A stretch of 50,335 nucleotides of DNA from a virus: IMG/VR virus record IMGVR_UViG_3300009537_000021, positions 1-50,335 of that record; one strand, 5' to 3'. Below the pieces are notes generated by a model. It made no database searches. It was not told where the DNA came from and worked only from the letters and a program-made list of their open reading frames with translations. The position numbers were made by a program, and so were the translations under genes. Shown piece by piece: positions 1-8,313 of the stretch. Each line of letters begins with the position of its first letter. Positions within the stretch are counted from its first letter, which is position 1.

Positions 1-99
1 CTCACTGATTCGTCCGGAGATAACCATGTGGTCTGGTCAAACAACCCTTACACCAACGGCACCGGGGACTTCAACAGCTATTGGGACAACGACATCGAC
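1..99. repeat. Terminal direct overlap, identical to 50237..50335 (assembly-style circular closure)
   Basis: Read directly: ctcactgattcgtccggagataacc...gggacaacgacatcgac is present at both ends, 99/99 identical. Confidence 0.95.
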
Positions 100-486
100 A
101 GCACCAACGTCGGCTGGGCCATCACTACGACCGAGGCTTCTAGCGAGGCTCTCAAGACGGCCATTCGACCCTACGACGAAGATGGGGTAGGAGCCGCTTT
201 CCTCCGTATCCCGATGCGCTCTTGGGAGTATGACCCCCAGGCGCTGCTCCACCTTTATGCCAATCCGAAGCTGGATGGCAGGGTACCCAAGTCCTTGACG
301 GGCGAGGATGGCAACACTCGTCATTGGTACGTGGCCGAGGAGGTCGAGGCCGAGCTTCCCTGGCTAGTGGGTCAACCTCAGGGGGACGCCAAGAGAATTA
401 AAGATGGCAGACCTTTGATGGTAGCCATGATTTCAGCCTTGAGATACCTAGACCGTAGAGTAAAGGAACTGGAGGCTGCTGCATGA
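1..486 (+). CDS. Tail fibre, C-terminal part (continuation of 49085..50335 across the junction) with an S74-type intramolecular chaperone domain
   Basis: Position 1 is in frame with the ORF opened at 49085 (50237-49085 = 1152 = 3x384). The pattern SSEALKTAIRPY...HWYVAEEVEAELPWLV...MVAMISALRYLDRRVKELE matches the peptidase S74 chaperone pattern. Stop at 484-486. Confidence 0.75.
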   Translation, partial: LTDSSGDNHVVWSNNPYTNGTGDFNSYWDNDIDSTNVGWAITTTEASSEALKTAIRPYDEDGVGAAFLRIPMRSWEYDPQALLHLYANPKLDGRVPKSLTGEDGNTRHWYVAEEVEAELPWLVGQPQGDAKRIKDGRPLMVAMISALRYLDRRVKELEAAA

Positions 487-689
487 GCCATGAGTTGCAG
501 AAAGGCAGCATGCCAGTGATAGTGGGTAAAGCCCGCATTAAGGCCAAGGCCCAAGAAATGCACGATGAGGTCTGTGGGTGTGGGGAGCCGGTCAACTACA
601 ACTGGCTGGAGAGAGCCGAGAAACAACTCGTCAAGCAGGAGAGGGAGAAGAAGGTTGCTAAAAGGCTGGTTGACCCGGGATCAGTGTAA
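483..689 (+). CDS. Hypothetical protein, 68 aa
   Basis: ATGA start/stop overlap with the fibre gene; lysine-rich with a CGCG motif; no recognisable family. Confidence 0.5.
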   Translation: MSHELQKGSMPVIVGKARIKAKAQEMHDEVCGCGEPVNYNWLERAEKQLVKQEREKKVAKRLVDPGSV

Positions 690-724
690 GCTCCCCCGCG
701 GTACGCTATACTCTCCCTGTAACC

Positions 725-1069
725 TTGCAAAGGAACGTAATGTCTGATGCCAGCATAGCGGGTAGATACCCTCTTAAGCAGGCCGTGATTGACTTCGCAA
801 CTGCCGCTACTCATGAAGTTGTAGCTGCGGTGCCTGGTAAATCCATTCGGGTAGTCTCTATGTTCTTCACTGTGGGTGGTCCTTGCAATCTCACCTGGCA
901 ATCAGGATCCACCCCTCTTACGGGGGCTATGGAATTCGCTGACTCTGGTGGTATGACTCACGAGAGCCAAGATGGGATAATGTGGACTACCAAAGGTGAA
1001 GCCTTGAATCTTGATTCAGATGCGGTTGTTCAGCTATCAGGTACCATCACCTACTTTGAGAGGCCCTGA
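725..1069 (+). CDS. Hypothetical virion-module protein (more likely starts at ATG 740, 109 aa)
   Basis: ORF track; AAGGA lies 6 nt upstream of ATG 740; beta-rich sequence; no family recognised. Confidence 0.55.
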   Translation: MQRNVMSDASIAGRYPLKQAVIDFATAATHEVVAAVPGKSIRVVSMFFTVGGPCNLTWQSGSTPLTGAMEFADSGGMTHESQDGIMWTTKGEALNLDSDAVVQLSGTITYFERP

Positions 1070-1434
1070 TGGCTAGAGACCCTGTGACTGGAGGCTTTGT
1101 TGTAGTTCATCCTACAAAACGTAATGCCTTTGAGGTGGTTACTGACTTCAATAGGCCATTCCAGGGGCCCGCCACACTTCGTACCAATGTGTGCCCCACC
1201 TGTAGTACCATTCATCATCACAAAACCTACCACATTCTCTTGAACGGAGAAGGTAGGGCTGTAGTTTCCCCCGGAGTATTTCAAGGCCTGAAAGCAGCCA
1301 AGGCTTTTAATGATCCTAAGGGGTTGGGTATCGAGGCCCATACCAAGAAGCCGCCTAAGCAAACCTTGGGCACTAAGGGTGGAATGATGGGTTTGGTACC
1401 TAGTCGTGATGAAGTTACAATATACCACTCATAG
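1069..1434 (+). CDS. Hypothetical protein, 121 aa
   Basis: TGATG coupling to the upstream ORF; no recognisable motif. Confidence 0.5.
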   Translation: MARDPVTGGFVVVHPTKRNAFEVVTDFNRPFQGPATLRTNVCPTCSTIHHHKTYHILLNGEGRAVVSPGVFQGLKAAKAFNDPKGLGIEAHTKKPPKQTLGTKGGMMGLVPSRDEVTIYHS

Positions 1435-1447
1435 GAGATAGAAAGCC

Positions 1448-1864
1448 ATGTCATTTTTCTTCGATGCCTACGCCGAGTCAATGCTTGGCACAGACGTCCA
1501 TAGCCGTGTAGTTATCGCCTCAGATAACATCAAGTTCGTTTGTACGGACCACGCAGATAAGACTCCCGCCCAAGCCACGGATGAGGACCACTTTGACTTA
1601 GACAACCCTGCGGGTGCCACGATTGCCACCAGTGCGAACCTGACTGGCAAGACCATTACCAACGGTACGTTCGACCACACGGACGAGACTCTGACCTCAG
1701 TGTCAGGTGACCAGTTTGAGTCGGTGAACTACTACAAGGACTCGGGAGCCACTGCGACTAGTCCGTTAATTTGCTCGATCGACTCAGGCACGGGTCTTCC
1801 ATTTACACCATCAGGAGGCGACATTGACGTCCGTCCCAACGCCTCTGGAGTCTTTAGCCTGTAA
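1448..1864 (+). CDS. Hypothetical virion-module protein, 138 aa
   Basis: AGGAGA SD upstream of ATG 1448; Thr/Asp-rich beta-type sequence. Confidence 0.6.
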   Translation: MSFFFDAYAESMLGTDVHSRVVIASDNIKFVCTDHADKTPAQATDEDHFDLDNPAGATIATSANLTGKTITNGTFDHTDETLTSVSGDQFESVNYYKDSGATATSPLICSIDSGTGLPFTPSGGDIDVRPNASGVFSL

Positions 1865-2138
1865 TCGTAAAGGGGCCAATGGAGACCACTGCTGTTATAT
1901 AAACGGTGAGGTCTGTGAGTTCTATAGCCTTCGTATTCAAGGCTGCTCCCTGTTTGAGCTATGGGGCAAGCTGAACGAGGTCCCTGAGTGGGTAGAAGCC
2001 CCTGTGGGTAAGAAGTTCGCCGAATTCAACCCTGGCTATGACTGTGGGGATTGGCCTCAGAAGATCCCCGGTCTATTGGATGAACGAGATAAAACTGGCC
2101 CATTCGCCCTGTGTTGTTGGGGAAGGGGTAATGACTAA
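1824..2138 (+). CDS. Cysteine-rich small protein, 104 aa (8 Cys including two CC pairs)
   Basis: TTG start at 1824 preceded by AGGAGG (1813-1818) at 5-nt spacing, inside the 3' end of the upstream gene. TAATG coupling to the next gene. Confidence 0.55.
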   Translation: MTSVPTPLESLACNRKGANGDHCCYINGEVCEFYSLRIQGCSLFELWGKLNEVPEWVEAPVGKKFAEFNPGYDCGDWPQKIPGLLDERDKTGPFALCCWGRGND

Positions 2139-2833
2139 TGGCTGACTGGGTTAGGTCATTTTCTGCGAACCTGATCGGGTCTGCTGATTCTGACTTAGAT
2201 GGACCTGCCGACCTTGACACTGATACCGCCCCCGGCGACTTCGATCCGGCTAGCGTCACAGCGGTCCGCTTCCAGTTCACGCTATCCCATACGGGTACGT
2301 TCGATTCGGGTTCAGGGTCGGACGAATACTCGCTGACACCGAACTCTGTTGTATTAGAGGATACGACTGACAGCACCCAGTTGGCGGTGGTCAACCCAAC
2401 CGGACTAATCAACGTCAGCACGGCCACGGTTGCTATTGACCTGACCGACAACTCGCCAGTTACCGGCGCATCCACCGCCGACTGGGAGGGCGCACAGTTC
2501 AACGGTGCGGTTGTTCCGGCGATCGCCACGTTCAGCCAAAACAAGGGTAAAGACGGAGTTGTTCCGCAAATCCTGGCGGCCTCAGTCACGATCACGATCA
2601 CCTATACCCCGTCAGCCAACATTGATCTGAACACCCTGAGCTCCACCACATTCTACTCGCCTCAGTTAGATGGCACTATTGATCTGACTCTATTCAATGG
2701 GGCTGCCACCTTCTTCTCTCCCACCGTGGCTGATAGCTCTATAGACCTAACCGCGTTTACCAGTACAACCTTCTATGCCATAACTCTTGATGGGGTTATT
2801 GTGCTGGACGAAGGTCATATATCGGCGTCCTAA
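2138..2833 (+). CDS. Virion protein, 231 aa, with 3 C-terminal copies of the IDLxxLSSTxFYSPQLDG repeat
   Basis: ORF track; the C-terminal repeat units are the same family as in 3742..5856. Confidence 0.7.
   Translation: MADWVRSFSANLIGSADSDLDGPADLDTDTAPGDFDPASVTAVRFQFTLSHTGTFDSGSGSDEYSLTPNSVVLEDTTDSTQLAVVNPTGLINVSTATVAIDLTDNSPVTGASTADWEGAQFNGAVVPAIATFSQNKGKDGVVPQILAASVTITITYTPSANIDLNTLSSTTFYSPQLDGTIDLTLFNGAATFFSPTVADSSIDLTAFTSTTFYAITLDGVIVLDEGHISAS
2621..2804 (+). repeat. In-frame coding tandem repeats (3 units of about 19-20 aa)
   Basis: IDLNTLSSTTFYSPQLDGT / IDLTLFNGAATFFSPTVADSS / IDLTAFTSTTFYAITLDGV. Confidence 0.8.
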
Positions 2834-2865
2834 CATGTTACTCTGTAAGAAGGAGCTTTACTAAG

Positions 2866-2976
2866 GTGAAACAACTCAAGGAAATGGTCCGAGTGTTGAA
2901 ACTGATCGCCCGAATTCTGGCTTCGCCTGACCAAGAACAAAAGGCGAACTTAGCTGAGGAGGCGAACAATGGCTGA
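2866..2976 (+). CDS. Possible micro-ORF, 36 aa (VKQLKEMVRVLKLIARILASPDQEQKANLAEEANNG)
   Basis: GTG start with AAGGAG about 10 nt upstream. It fills an otherwise empty 135-nt gap and overlaps the next start by 8 nt. It is below the ORF-track size cut-off. Confidence 0.3.
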   Translation: MKQLKEMVRVLKLIARILASPDQEQKANLAEEANNG

Positions 2977-3349
2977 TTATGCAGTTCTCGAAGGATCAAG
3001 TAAGAACAACCGGAGCCGAGTTGTGGTTCATACGGCGGTCCCTAACGCCAACAACGACGCCGGAGAAAACTGGCGTGACGTTGTGGTGTCTCATGTGACA
3101 GTCGCCAAGGGGTCAACGACTTCGGTCATCCCTGCCACGTTTCTCGCTTTGATCAGCGGAACACGCCAAGCTGACCTTGATGCAGGCTTGTTCTACGAGT
3201 GGGAGATAAACGTGGACTACGACGCCAACGCCGCTCCCGCTGCGAAACAGGCTGCTATCGAAGCTGCCATCGCAGCACAGGAAGCTGATATGTTGGCCGA
3301 CCTCCAAAACGAGCTTCGCTGGTACGGGCAGACAGGAACAGGGGTCTAA
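2969..3349 (+). CDS. Hypothetical protein, 126 aa
   Basis: ORF track; Ala-rich helical C-terminus; no family recognised. Confidence 0.55.
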   Translation: MADYAVLEGSSKNNRSRVVVHTAVPNANNDAGENWRDVVVSHVTVAKGSTTSVIPATFLALISGTRQADLDAGLFYEWEINVDYDANAAPAAKQAAIEAAIAAQEADMLADLQNELRWYGQTGTGV

Positions 3350-3730
3350 ATGGCTTGGGGAGCAGACACATCATTAGGAACCCAAACTGCTGTCGATGAT
3401 ACGACCGAGGAGTTCCTGCCGTCCGCTGGTGGTGGGATCAGTCTCAACCCTGGCGAGTCGGCACACTGTCAAATCCAATATGACAACACCAGCGGCTCAC
3501 TTACCGACGATATAATCATCTCTTTCTATTCGACCCTCGATGACACTTCTGAGGATTGGGACGAAAAACCGTTTATGACCATCGTGGTAGCACCCGACTC
3601 GACCAACGCAGAGGACATATCGGTGCTGGTGTCCGGTGTTTACAGTTTCCGTATCGGGTTCCTCAGTTCAGGCGCTACCGATACTTACGACGTAGGTGGA
3701 AACTACCGCAAAGACGGAATCAGCCTGTAA
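3350..3730 (+). CDS. Hypothetical protein, 126 aa
   Basis: Starts immediately after the upstream stop; acidic beta-type sequence. Confidence 0.55.
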   Translation: MAWGADTSLGTQTAVDDTTEEFLPSAGGGISLNPGESAHCQIQYDNTSGSLTDDIIISFYSTLDDTSEDWDEKPFMTIVVAPDSTNAEDISVLVSGVYSFRIGFLSSGATDTYDVGGNYRKDGISL

Positions 3731-3741
3731 GGGGGTAACCG

Positions 3742-5856
3742 ATGCCTCCGACGAAACCTGGGATTTGGACTCCCTCCAAGGCGCAGGTGCTTCGACCGTA
3801 TCAGCATTTTTGGGATGGGCTTGTTGCGCTGTGGCCCCTGTGGGAACACTCAGCACGACACGCCTTCAACCTGAAAAGCCGTCACCTCGGGGTCCGTGAC
3901 AGTGGCACCCTGCCAACGCTGGTCGAAACCCCATTCGGTCCAGGTCGAGACTTCGACACGTTCTGTGTCGGCATTGTCATCGAACCGATAGAACATTGGC
4001 GGGCACACCTTGACGGCACACAGAACGCCACGTTTTGGGTGCTAACTGACTTTGGAAGCGACGGGAATGGCCGTCGAATAATCTCCTCTGCCACCGACGC
4101 TACTTCCAACACTAACTTTTTCATTGGTTCGGGAAACGACAACCAAGCCCGCTTTCAGATACGCCGTGGGACGGCCAACTGCGTAGACAACATTGCTCCC
4201 ACCGGTACCATCCCAGCGGATCGGACTGGTGGGTTCATGCATCTGTTCGGTGTAGTGACATCAAACGACATCCAGATATGGCGGGCTGGTGCAGAGGCGT
4301 TCAACATGGACACCTACCCCCTCCAAGGCTGGTCCAACACGGGCCAAGCCGGTCAGGACCTCAACCTGAACCAGACTCGGGGTGTTGCCATCGGCGGTCG
4401 TGACGGGTCCACCGTTGACGGCACTAGGAATCATCATGGCACCGTTGTAATCGGCGGGATTTGGGATCGGGCTTTCGGGGAAGCCGAAATGCTCCAACTG
4501 ATCGCAGACCCGTTCGGAATGATTCGTCCAAGCTGGAACTACGGAGTAGCAGCAAGCGGCTCGATAGACCTAAATCTTCTGAGCTCCACAACCTTCTATA
4601 GCATCACCTTAGAAGATATCCTCATTAACCAGACCAAATTCTGGGACTTGACGGTTGTAGAGTCAGTTGGTAATCCTGCAATTGATCTGACCAACCTATC
4701 TAGTACGGTTTTCTATTCACCCACTGTAGCCACTTCAGATTTCCAGTTGGACCTTCTGTCCTCAACGGCGTTTGCCTCGATATTTATTGATGGCAACATT
4801 GACCTTAATGTGCTGTTCACCACTACCTTCTATAGCCCTCAACTAGATGGCAACATCGACTTGGCTCTGTTGTCTAGTACGGTTTTCCATGCCCCTCAAC
4901 TTGACGGTACCATTGACCTCGATCTGTTGTCCAGTACCGTTTTCCCCGCCATCAGTCTTGTGGCTCTGATTGATCTAGACCTGTTGTCCAGCACGGTCTT
5001 TTACTCACCACAATTAGATGGCACTATAGACCTTGATCTACTCAATAGTACCGTGTTCTACTCGAATACAGTGGCCTTCTCAGACCTGAGCATGGATCTT
5101 CTTTCATCCACAGTGTTCTATGCACCTCAGTTAGATGGTGAGATACTTCTTACCTTGTTCGATGGATCAGCAACATTCCATGCAATAGAACTGGCAGGCA
5201 ATATAGACCTCGATCTATTCGACGGCTCTGCAACATTCCATAGCCCACAGCTTGACGGTGAAATCTTGTTGGCTCTCTTTGATGGATCAGCGACATTCCA
5301 CGCAATCTCGGTCAGTTCTGGATTCACCATGGATCTTCTTACCAGTACGGTGTTTTACTCACCTCAATTGGACGGGGAGGTTTTGCTCACCAACTTGAGC
5401 TCCTCCGTGTTCTACGAGATAACCGTGGCAGTATCTGCTCCCGATCCTCTTGACATGGATTTGCTTGATGGCTCAGCGACTTTCCACTCAATCAGTGTGG
5501 TAGGGTTTATAGACCTGATTCACTTCGATGGATCAGCTACATTCCATAGCCCGCAGTTAGATGGCAACATAGACCTTGACCTGCTCGACAACTCAACCTT
5601 CCACAACATCACTGTGGGAGAAGCTTCTGTGGATCTAGACTCCCTTACAACCTCCACGTTCTATACTCCTGAATTGATGGGCGCTATAGACCTTGCACTA
5701 TTGAACGGAGGAGCTACGTTCTACAACCTCACTATAGGTCAAGCCGCTATTGACCTTGACTGGTTCTTTAATACCACGTTCTGGCAAATCACTGTGAAGG
5801 ATCCTACCGCTGTTGATGTAGGAGTCCAGTTACCCATGAGAGGGGTTGACAGATAG
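3742..5856 (+). CDS. LamG/concanavalin-like N-domain protein with about 20 tandem repeats (putative fibre or adhesin), 704 aa
   Basis: The N-terminal 260 aa resemble Laminin_G_3-type jelly rolls (FWVLTDFGSDG..., VVIGGIWDRAFGEAEMLQLIADPF). From aa 275 on there are repeats of the IDLDLLSSTVFYSPQLDGT type. Confidence 0.8.
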   Translation: MPPTKPGIWTPSKAQVLRPYQHFWDGLVALWPLWEHSARHAFNLKSRHLGVRDSGTLPTLVETPFGPGRDFDTFCVGIVIEPIEHWRAHLDGTQNATFWVLTDFGSDGNGRRIISSATDATSNTNFFIGSGNDNQARFQIRRGTANCVDNIAPTGTIPADRTGGFMHLFGVVTSNDIQIWRAGAEAFNMDTYPLQGWSNTGQAGQDLNLNQTRGVAIGGRDGSTVDGTRNHHGTVVIGGIWDRAFGEAEMLQLIADPFGMIRPSWNYGVAASGSIDLNLLSSTTFYSITLEDILINQTKFWDLTVVESVGNPAIDLTNLSSTVFYSPTVATSDFQLDLLSSTAFASIFIDGNIDLNVLFTTTFYSPQLDGNIDLALLSSTVFHAPQLDGTIDLDLLSSTVFPAISLVALIDLDLLSSTVFYSPQLDGTIDLDLLNSTVFYSNTVAFSDLSMDLLSSTVFYAPQLDGEILLTLFDGSATFHAIELAGNIDLDLFDGSATFHSPQLDGEILLALFDGSATFHAISVSSGFTMDLLTSTVFYSPQLDGEVLLTNLSSSVFYEITVAVSAPDPLDMDLLDGSATFHSISVVGFIDLIHFDGSATFHSPQLDGNIDLDLLDNSTFHNITVGEASVDLDSLTTSTFYTPELMGAIDLALLNGGATFYNLTIGQAAIDLDWFFNTTFWQITVKDPTAVDVGVQLPMRGVDR
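4564..5810 (+). repeat. In-frame coding tandem repeat array, about 20 units of 17-25 aa (two sub-types: SSTVFY and DGSATFH)
   Basis: Read from the translation. At DNA level, ttcgatggatcagcNacattcca recurs at about 5158, 5278 and 5523, giving a roughly 120-nt super-period. Confidence 0.85.
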
Positions 5857-5874
5857 GATGCTACACTCTTAGCC

Positions 5875-7614
5875 ATGGCCGATTTGATAAGACCCGACGA
5901 GGAATATATCCTTGACCTGAGAGTCAAGGCTAATTCATATTGGTCCGAAGCAACTAACCGTTTTGACGAGCTGATAGATGCCTACCACGGCAACTACCAG
6001 AAGCTGTGGCCGGGTGAGTTTCGTAGAGGCGAATCACCTAAGGTAGCTAACTGGATTCGTCTGGGTTGGAAACGATACGCCCAGATGGTGGGCAAGGTAC
6101 CTTCCAGTCATGTGAGACCATCTAAAGTGAGCCGAGTGTCTCAGTCCAAAGCGGACAAGATTGAGAAGGTCCTTGCTCACTACGACGAGTCCTCAGGTAT
6201 GTCTACCATCATGAAACAGTACGCCTGGTACCTAGTTGGTTTGGGCTCTGGTGTCGTTGGGGTCATGCCTGACTCAGTGTTGAAAGGTCCTAAGTATTTC
6301 TACAAAGATCCCCGCACCGTGTTTCCCGCTCCGGGCTCAGGGTCCGTGAGCTCCACCTCATCTCACTACTCCATGCTCATGAAGCCTACCATGTCTATAG
6401 CCTCTATGCCGTGGGTGATCTTCGATGAGGTACAACCCGCTGCCACTATTCTTGACACTTGGCCTGACAAGACCGATTTGATTCACCAGTTAATCGACAC
6501 CGATGACCCGTTCACCCCTGTGGAGGTAATCACCCTCATGGACAAGTCGTGGTGGACTGTGATGATTAACCAGAAGATCCTTATGCAGGTCGAACACAAT
6601 CTAGGCTTTGTGCCTGTTAGATACACCAGCATGGATGTGCCCGATCAGTTGGGTGGGGAGTCCATGTTTGAGCAGAACATCGGTCTCGTTCTTGCTTACA
6701 TGAGGATGCTCAACCAGAAATTGACCTACAACGAGAACATCGTGTGGCCTTGGTTGACTATCCGGGGTGTTCATAATATGGATCCCAAGACCCGAGTCAT
6801 TGAAATTATGGACTCGGATGGGGATGCTCAGTTCCTGGCCCCGCCCGGCGAGATTCAGGTCGAGCGTGACCTAGACGTTCTAGACCGCCTTATTCGTATT
6901 CTTAATCAGGATACGGAGTCGCTAAGAGGAGAGGCGCCCGGGTCTACGGTCACTGGGTTGGGGCTGGGAGAATTGAACCGCACAGTCACCGCAGCAGTTC
7001 AGGACTTCTGGGATCACATGAAGCCTGACATCGAGTTCATAAGGTCCGCTGCACTCATCATGGACGAGGATCTATACGGGGGCAGGAAGAAGCCGATGAC
7101 TGGTCGGGTCTCGGGCGAGAGTTTCGAGGAATCGTATGTACCCAGAAAGACAATCAAAGGTCACCATACGGTGGCAGTTGACTTCGGGATCGGGGTCGGA
7201 GGATTTGAGGGCTTTGTGGAACTCATGCAGTTTGCCGCACAAGGCTTCATTGATGAGCAAGAGGTCATGGAGAATGCGCCATGGATTAAGTCCGTATCGG
7301 GTACAAAGAAGCGAGTGTTCCTTGACCGCATAGAGAAGGTAATCTTCGAGATGACCGCAGGCGGCGCACCTTCGCCAATCATTAACCACATGACTCAATG
7401 GCATTCAGCCGTTGATGGCGGAGCCGACCCATGGAAGTGGATCACAGAAAACCCCCTACCCAGTCCTGAGCCTCCGGCTCCAGAATTGGGGCAGGGGCCT
7501 GAGGGTCTTCCGGGCGAGCCTAGTCTTGCTCCAGGTGGTGGTGCTGCTGCACCTCAGGTCCCAGTCCCTTCTCCACAGCAAATCCTCGCACTCGCACAAG
7601 GTAGACAACAGTAA
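5875..7614 (+). CDS. Putative portal protein, 579 aa
   Basis: Size and position upstream of the internal-protein/scaffold/capsid genes; Pro/Gly-rich C-terminal tail. No motif-level proof. Confidence 0.5.
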   Translation: MADLIRPDEEYILDLRVKANSYWSEATNRFDELIDAYHGNYQKLWPGEFRRGESPKVANWIRLGWKRYAQMVGKVPSSHVRPSKVSRVSQSKADKIEKVLAHYDESSGMSTIMKQYAWYLVGLGSGVVGVMPDSVLKGPKYFYKDPRTVFPAPGSGSVSSTSSHYSMLMKPTMSIASMPWVIFDEVQPAATILDTWPDKTDLIHQLIDTDDPFTPVEVITLMDKSWWTVMINQKILMQVEHNLGFVPVRYTSMDVPDQLGGESMFEQNIGLVLAYMRMLNQKLTYNENIVWPWLTIRGVHNMDPKTRVIEIMDSDGDAQFLAPPGEIQVERDLDVLDRLIRILNQDTESLRGEAPGSTVTGLGLGELNRTVTAAVQDFWDHMKPDIEFIRSAALIMDEDLYGGRKKPMTGRVSGESFEESYVPRKTIKGHHTVAVDFGIGVGGFEGFVELMQFAAQGFIDEQEVMENAPWIKSVSGTKKRVFLDRIEKVIFEMTAGGAPSPIINHMTQWHSAVDGGADPWKWITENPLPSPEPPAPELGQGPEGLPGEPSLAPGGGAAAPQVPVPSPQQILALAQGRQQ

Positions 7615-7624
7615 GGAAGGAAGA

Positions 7625-7795
7625 ATGCCACTAGCCAAGAAATCAAAAAAGGCCAAAGGTAATCAAGGTGCCCAGTGGGGTAACACTGGTTCTGAGGGCA
7701 ATATCCACAATGTTGGATCAGACAAAGCCCCGGTTTCTCCGAGCCCAGCCAAGAACAACAAGCACGGCAGAAACGTCTCAATCGGTCGTAAGTGA
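7625..7795 (+). CDS. Small basic protein, 56 aa (MPLAKKSKKAKGNQG...)
   Basis: ATG 7625 preceded by AAGGAAGGAAG. The longer track ORF (7412..) overlaps the portal gene and is unlikely. Confidence 0.4.
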   Translation: MPLAKKSKKAKGNQGAQWGNTGSEGNIHNVGSDKAPVSPSPAKNNKHGRNVSIGRK

Positions 7796-8313
7796 CCTCA
7801 AGGGATAATCGAGGTGGGGCTAGGGTCCCAGACGGGCAGCAGAGGCCAGCCTCTCTGCCGTTTGCTCGTGGGTCCAATCGTTCTGATTTGGCCGAACTCC
7901 CTGGGACACCCGGTACCCCTCTTCCCCCTAGCCCAGCAGAACCCTCACTAAGCCATGGTGATGCTGGGAGACTTCGGCAGATGCTTGGGGGTATTCCCCT
8001 AGATCAAGTGTCCCCTGGAGCTACTCTGGGCGAAGGTACACAAAGGCCTGATGAGCCCATCACTGCCGGGGTTGATGTAGGTGCAGGTCCGGGAGCTAAT
8101 GGGCTTCTACCTTCACCTAACCAGCTAACAGAGGAGCTCACGGCCCAAGAACTCAAGACCATCTACCCTCTCCTCATGAGGCTTGCTACTCTTCCTAATG
8201 CCACTACAGAGAGCAAGATTCTGGCACAAAGGATCAGGTCTCGCCTACCCGTGGCACCAGAACAAATGCCAGACTTAGGACAAACTAATGGGCCTCAAAG
8301 AACAACTGGATAA
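7792..8313 (+). CDS. Hypothetical Pro/Gly-rich protein, 173 aa
   Basis: GTGA coupling to the upstream ORF; low-complexity N-half, helical C-end. Confidence 0.5.
   Translation: MTSRDNRGGARVPDGQQRPASLPFARGSNRSDLAELPGTPGTPLPPSPAEPSLSHGDAGRLRQMLGGIPLDQVSPGATLGEGTQRPDEPITAGVDVGAGPGANGLLPSPNQLTEELTAQELKTIYPLLMRLATLPNATTESKILAQRIRSRLPVAPEQMPDLGQTNGPQRTTG

Noticed and set aside
4564-5810. A regular DNA repeat array that could at first glance be a CRISPR array or satellite.
   Set aside because: The repeats are contiguous with no unique spacers. They are imperfect at DNA level, stay in one reading frame inside a 704-aa ORF, and translate to a coherent peptide repeat.
2621-5810. A diversity-generating retroelement (template/variable repeat pair), suggested by the repeats shared between two fibre genes.
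   Set aside because: There is no reverse transcriptase anywhere in the genome. The differences between copies are not restricted to adenine positions.
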